Shown here in pieces: positions 59,306-64,000 of a DNA stretch of 64,000 nt. Position 1 is the first letter of the stretch, and each line of letters begins with the position of its first letter. Under the pieces are notes generated by a model. The model was not told where the DNA came from. It made no database searches and saw nothing but the letters and a program-made list of their open reading frames with translations. The position numbers were made by a program, and so were the translations under genes. This DNA comes from an uncultured Gammaproteobacteria bacterium. Its GTDB lineage: Bacteria; Patescibacteriota; Patescibacteriia; Patescibacteriales; UBA12465. The DNA lies in the NCBI GenBank assembly GCA_964540285.1, contig CAZILW010000001.1:63703-127702 (forward strand), given 5' to 3'.

Positions 59306-59494
59306 ATGGAGGATTTAAAAATGGAAACAATTTTTTCCCCGGAAGAAATAAACAAATTGAATGAAAAAACAGATCCTAAGGATCTGGAAAAGTTTTTTTT
59401 GGAAATTTTTATCAAAAATGGTGACCCTGAAACAGAGGCTAAAGAAAGAGCCAGGGAATGGGCCCAAGAAATAAGCGGTAAAAAAATTGAATAA
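59306..59494 (+). CDS. Small acidic hypothetical protein
   Basis: 62-aa ORF starting 4 bp after the NTase gene. Confidence 0.55.
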   Translation: MEDLKMETIFSPEEINKLNEKTDPKDLEKFFLEIFIKNGDPETEAKERAREWAQEISGKKIE

Positions 59495-59496
59495 TT

Positions 59497-60573
59497 CTAA
59501 AAAAACGATTTAACAATGGCAATCATTTCTTGGTTGCCATTTTTTATTACCCCAGAAGAATTAATAGATATTTTTTTTCTAAAATCTTCATCAAGTAAAA
59601 CACTTTTAATTTTTTGTAAAAATAAAGCGGGATTAAGACTTTTCTCCTCCAAAACAATGGCAGCATTTTTTTTCTCAAATTCTTGAGCATTATATTCTTG
59701 ATGAGAATTAGGCATGGGTATTAAAATGCTTGATTTTTCTAAGAAAGAAATCTCCGTTAAAGTTGAAAGTCCGCACCTAGAAATAACTAAATCAGAAACG
59801 AGCATTAATTTAATAAGCTCTTGATGTTCTAAAAAACCAACTTTAATATAGTTTTTTAGATCAAGCAGATCATTCAAATCACGACCCGCTTCTCCGCTAA
59901 TATGAAAAACATTACTCAATAAACTCAACTCTTTAACAGTAGAAAAAATTAAATTATTAATGAATAAAGAGCCAGTCCCACCGCCCAAAACAAGAACTAG
60001 GGGTAATTTACTGTTTAAACCATATTTATCATAAATATCATTCTTATTTATATTGTTAAAGCAGTTTAATTCAACTCCAATATTTCCTATCAATCTAGCT
60101 TTTTCACCGTAAGCCTTAACTGATTTTTCAAAAGTTATTGTTATTATTTTAGAAAATGGTGCCATTAATTTATTAGCTAAACCAGGAACAACATCTTGCT
60201 GATGAATTAAAACTGGAACCCTCAAAATCCAAGAAGCAAAAACCAAAGGAACAGAGACAAAGCCACCAGCGCTAATAACTAATCCAGGTTTTTCTTTTAA
60301 AATTAAAAACAATGCCTGCCAAAAAGCAATAAAAATTTTAAACAAATCAAAAAAATTTTTAAAAGAAAAATAACGCCTAAATTTTCCAGCAAAAATACTC
60401 TGGTATCTAATACCCTCCGGTTCAATTATTTTTTTCTCTATTCCCTTATAACTGCCTACAAATAAAAAATCGAAATCATTTTTTAAATTTCTATATATAA
60501 AAATCAAGGGAACAACGGGACCACCCGTCCCCCCACCACTTAAAATTATTTTATTTTTTTTATTTTTTAACAT
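59497..60573 (-). CDS. murG: MurG glycosyltransferase (start MLKNKK)
   Basis: GGGTGG, GGFVSVP, PGLANK and HQEYNA motifs. Confidence 0.93.
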   Translation of the reverse strand: MLKNKKNKIILSGGGTGGPVVPLIFIYRNLKNDFDFLFVGSYKGIEKKIIEPEGIRYQSIFAGKFRRYFSFKNFFDLFKIFIAFWQALFLILKEKPGLVISAGGFVSVPLVFASWILRVPVLIHQQDVVPGLANKLMAPFSKIITITFEKSVKAYGEKARLIGNIGVELNCFNNINKNDIYDKYGLNSKLPLVLVLGGGTGSLFINNLIFSTVKELSLLSNVFHISGEAGRDLNDLLDLKNYIKVGFLEHQELIKLMLVSDLVISRCGLSTLTEISFLEKSSILIPMPNSHQEYNAQEFEKKNAAIVLEEKSLNPALFLQKIKSVLLDEDFRKKISINSSGVIKNGNQEMIAIVKSFF

Positions 60574-61723
60574 AAAAACTATTCTTTTTATCGACTGCTT
60601 GACGACTAATATTAAGCAAAACCCCAAAAGCGGCTAATAAAATAGACAAAGATGTTCCTCCAGCACTTACAAAAGGCAAAGGAACGCCTGTCATTGGAAC
60701 CAAATTAATCATTCCAGCAATATTTAAAAAGGCCTGAAAAAATATCCAAACAGAAATACCAACAGCCAAAGACTGACCAAAAAGGTCTGGGGCTCGTCCG
60801 GCAATCTTCATACCCCTGATAAAAATAAAAAGGTAAATTAAAAGCAGTAAAACCGAACCGATAAAACCAATTTCCTCAGCAATTATAGGAAAAATTGAAT
60901 CCGCCCAAACCTCTGGCAAATAATTAAACTTCTGCCTGCTCTCACCCAAGCCCCTCCCCCACAAACCACCAGAGCCAACAGCAATTAATGACTGGTTAAC
61001 TTGGTAGCAAATATCTCTATCAAAACTTGGATCCTGTAAACATTTAACTCTATTTATTTGATATTCTTTTATTATGCCATTTTTATTTTCTGAATTCATG
61101 GAGTTAAAAACAAATAAAACGCCAATAACCATTATTAAAAATAAAACAAATAAATGACTAATATTGCCACCAGCAACCAAATAAACCATTAAAGCAACAA
61201 AAAATATAATTAAGAAAGTTCCTAAATCTGGTTGTTTTAAAATAAAGGCCCCAATAATTGTTAAAACTGTTAAAAAAGGAAAAATCCCAGTAGAAAATTT
61301 TTTTAAATCATCCTTTTTTGATTCTAACCAGCCCGATAAATAAAATAAAAAAAACAATTTAACGAACTCTGAAACCTGAAAAGATTTACCAAAAATAATT
61401 ATCCAACTATAAGATGTTCCATATTCATTTCTAAGACCTGGGACAAAAACCAACAGCAAAAGAATTACTGATAAAATTAAAAAAAGGAAAGAGTGTCTTT
61501 TTAAAAAATGATAATCAATTTTAAAGAAAACAAAAAACAAAAACAAACCAAGAACCAAACCAAAAAGCTGTCCTCTAACATAGTGATAAGGTTCTCCAAA
61601 GTTAGATTGTGAAATAGCTAGTGAAGCACTAAAAAGCATCACCAAACCAAAAACAACTAAAATAGGAATAATAAACAATAAATAGTTATCAACTGGTGCT
61701 TTTTTTTTATTTCCTATATTCAT
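60560..61723 (-). CDS. ftsW: Cell division protein FtsW
   Basis: SEFVKL, QPDLG, GESRQKF and GVPLPFVS motifs; between mraY and murG. Confidence 0.92.
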   Translation of the reverse strand: MNIGNKKKAPVDNYLLFIIPILVVFGLVMLFSASLAISQSNFGEPYHYVRGQLFGLVLGLFLFFVFFKIDYHFLKRHSFLFLILSVILLLLVFVPGLRNEYGTSYSWIIIFGKSFQVSEFVKLFFLFYLSGWLESKKDDLKKFSTGIFPFLTVLTIIGAFILKQPDLGTFLIIFFVALMVYLVAGGNISHLFVLFLIMVIGVLFVFNSMNSENKNGIIKEYQINRVKCLQDPSFDRDICYQVNQSLIAVGSGGLWGRGLGESRQKFNYLPEVWADSIFPIIAEEIGFIGSVLLLLIYLFIFIRGMKIAGRAPDLFGQSLAVGISVWIFFQAFLNIAGMINLVPMTGVPLPFVSAGGTSLSILLAAFGVLLNISRQAVDKKNSFYVKK

Positions 61724-61729
61724 AAAAAA

Positions 61730-62782
61730 TTAAAAAGAAAAACTTTTATCAAGCAAAAAAATCATTAAACCAACGGCAGCAACCACTGCTGAAATTAGCC
61801 AAAATCTCATAACAATTTTAGCCTCAGTCCAGCCACAAGCCTGAAGATGATGATGAATTGGGGCAGATAAAAAAACCTTCTTCTTTCTAATTTTTTTAGA
61901 AAGAATTTGAATAATAACTGATAATGATTCTAGTAAAAAAATAAAACCAATAAAAGGTAAAAGAAATACATTATTTGTTAGCAAGGCTATTATTCCTAAA
62001 GTAACTCCCAAGCTCATAGAGCCGGTATCCCCCATATAAAATCTAGCCGGAGGAATGTTGAACCATAAAAAAGCTAAAAGAGCTCCCACAATAACAGCAC
62101 AGAAGGTGGCCAAATCATATCTGCCCATAGCAAAAGATATAATTCCATAAGAAGCGTAAGAAACCAATAAAGTTCCACCAGCTAAACCATCAAGACCATC
62201 AGTTTCATTAACCGAAAAAGATGTGGCTACAATTATAAAAATAAATACAGGAATATACCACCAACCAATCTGAAAATAACCCAAAAAAGGAAGATGAATT
62301 AAAGCCCAGTCCAACTTAAAATAAAACCATAAAGCACCAAAAACAGCAATCATGGTATAAATCAATAATCGATGTTTCATTTTTAAACCTCCACCGCCAA
62401 AAACGCCTTTACCAGAAACATCTAACCAATCATCGAGCAAACCAATAAGAGCTGATGCCATAAGCGCCCCTAAAGGAAGTAATGTTTCTTTTTGAGATAA
62501 AAAATTAAGATGAGACAAAATGCTACCTGGAAAAATCAAACTCAAATAATAAAAGAAAAGAATAAGAAAAAATAAAGTACCCCAAATTAATATACCACCC
62601 ATAGTTGGAGTGCCAGCTTTATGAGCATGCAATTCACTAAAAACAGGAGTTGAGCCATTATTTCTTATTTTCTTGCCCAGTTTATTTTTATACAAAAAAT
62701 TAGTTAAAATTGGTGTCCACAAGACAGTAAAAATAAAAGCAAAAGTTGATAAAAATAAAATTTTAATTACATGAAATTCCAT
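61730..62782 (-). CDS. mraY: Phospho-MurNAc-pentapeptide transferase
   Basis: GTPTMGG, NETDGLDGL, MGDTGS and APIHHH motifs. Confidence 0.96.
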   Translation of the reverse strand: MEFHVIKILFLSTFAFIFTVLWTPILTNFLYKNKLGKKIRNNGSTPVFSELHAHKAGTPTMGGILIWGTLFFLILFFYYLSLIFPGSILSHLNFLSQKETLLPLGALMASALIGLLDDWLDVSGKGVFGGGGLKMKHRLLIYTMIAVFGALWFYFKLDWALIHLPFLGYFQIGWWYIPVFIFIIVATSFSVNETDGLDGLAGGTLLVSYASYGIISFAMGRYDLATFCAVIVGALLAFLWFNIPPARFYMGDTGSMSLGVTLGIIALLTNNVFLLPFIGFIFLLESLSVIIQILSKKIRKKKVFLSAPIHHHLQACGWTEAKIVMRFWLISAVVAAVGLMIFLLDKSFSF

Positions 62783-62786
62783 AGAG

Positions 62787-63209
62787 CTATCTAAAATTAA
62801 TTAAATAAATAACTAGTATTGATAAAAACAAAAAAATTTGAGTTATTAAAAGAAAAATAGAACTAAAATAAAAGATAAAATTAAAATCAAAAATTTTCTT
62901 TCTAAAAAAGAATAATAAAAAAATATTATTAATTAAAATTAAAAACAAACTAACAGCTGGAATTATAAAAACATCATGCTTGTCGCCAATCAAATCAATT
63001 CCAACATCAACATTATAATGAAGTATTAATCTATTTTGAGTAACATTATCATAAATATAATAAGAAAAACCCCATAAAGAAATATTAAAAATCAAAAAAA
63101 CAAATAAAAAAAACTTAACCCTTAAGGGTCTGTAAAAATTATTCAAAAGAGATTTAAAACCGCTCAAAAGATTACTTGAGCTGTCGTATATTTTTATAAA
63201 TAAACTCAT
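62787..63209 (-). CDS. Hypothetical membrane protein
   Basis: Three hydrophobic segments with LHYNVDVGID; ends 4 bp before mraY. Confidence 0.65.
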   Translation of the reverse strand: MSLFIKIYDSSSNLLSGFKSLLNNFYRPLRVKFFLFVFLIFNISLWGFSYYIYDNVTQNRLILHYNVDVGIDLIGDKHDVFIIPAVSLFLILINNIFLLFFFRKKIFDFNFIFYFSSIFLLITQIFLFLSILVIYLINFR

Positions 63210-63304
63210 AACTATTGATACAAAATATCAAATTAAGTTTAGCATATTTTAAAAATAATATAAAATATGTTAAACTTTAAAAGAATTAGACATAAAATAA
63301 TAAT

Positions 63305-63976
63305 ATGAAAATCGCCTGCGTAATTCCAGCCTTCAATGAAGAAAAAAGTATTAGTCAAACAATTGAACAAGTAAAAGACTTAGTTGATTTAATAGTTGTT
63401 GTAGATGACAAATCAAGCGACAATACTAAAAAAATACTAAACAGTATAAACGAACAAAAATTAAAAAAAATTTATCATCCGATAAACCTAGGACAAGGAG
63501 CGGCGCTTCAAACTGGAAATGAGTATTGCTTAAAAAATGGTTTTGATGTAATTATTCATTTTGATGCTGATGGACAATTTTTGGCTAGCGATATCAACAA
63601 AATGATTAAACCAATAATAAACGAGGGGTATGATTTAGTTATCGGCTCAAGATTTTTAGGTATTGAATCTAATATTCCAAGTTTTAAGAAAAATATTATC
63701 ATGCCAATGGCTAAAATATTTAACATTCTATTTTTTGGCATTAAAACAAGTGATCCCCAAAATGGTTTTAGAGCCATGAGCAAAGAAACAGCTTTAAGAA
63801 TAAAAATAGAAAATGACAGAATGGCTCACTGCACCGAAATACTAGCCAAGGCTTTTAAATACAAATTAAAAATAAAAGAAGTTCCGATTAAAGTTATTTA
63901 TCATGAATTTGGTCAAAAATTTTCTGGAGGTTTAAAAATAATAAAAGATTTAATCTTAAAAAAAATAAGCGGATAA
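63305..63976 (+). CDS. GT2 glycosyltransferase, DPM1-like
   Basis: IPAFNEE, VVDDKSSD, NLGQGAAL, FDADGQ and DPQNGFRA motifs. Confidence 0.92.
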   Translation: MKIACVIPAFNEEKSISQTIEQVKDLVDLIVVVDDKSSDNTKKILNSINEQKLKKIYHPINLGQGAALQTGNEYCLKNGFDVIIHFDADGQFLASDINKMIKPIINEGYDLVIGSRFLGIESNIPSFKKNIIMPMAKIFNILFFGIKTSDPQNGFRAMSKETALRIKIENDRMAHCTEILAKAFKYKLKIKEVPIKVIYHEFGQKFSGGLKIIKDLILKKISG

Positions 63977-64000
63977 TTAAATTTTAAAAAAACTAATAAA

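Noticed and set aside
1-64000. tRNA or rRNA genes, transposases, integrases, prophage genes, or alternative genetic code
   Set aside because: None recognised by eye. Long conserved genes translate intact under code 11, and TGA serves as a stop (e.g. recO, ruvX, map).

Overview
AT-rich bacterial chromosome segment with most genes on the minus strand. The missing rpmD, short AlaRS, many pilin-like genes and largely Shine-Dalgarno-free starts point to a Patescibacteria/CPR (Parcubacteria-like) organism; this is inference. The core content is the str, S10 and spc ribosomal clusters, secY, map, rpsB-tsf, thrS, alaS, a CCA-adding enzyme, a split dcw cluster (mraY-ftsW-murG, then murC-murB), rodA, iscS/iscU and gap. 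Accessory highlights are: (1) five prepilin-headed proteins, where a conserved pilin module carries different adhesin-like C-termini (Fib_succ_major/FN3 or LamG-like), with recent internal duplications; (2) a transcription-attenuation T-box riboswitch with an atypical Stem I upstream of thrS; (3) a gap-NuoF-like-[FeFe]-hydrogenase-TM1266 operon; (4) three hairpins built from 9-bp periodic units, a tandemly duplicated palindromic element in the str operon, and a nested GC-rich element upstream of a pilin gene; (5) small counter-strand transcription units, including a putative nucleotidyltransferase operon inside the dcw cluster. No rRNA, tRNA, CRISPR array, transposase or reverse transcriptase was seen.
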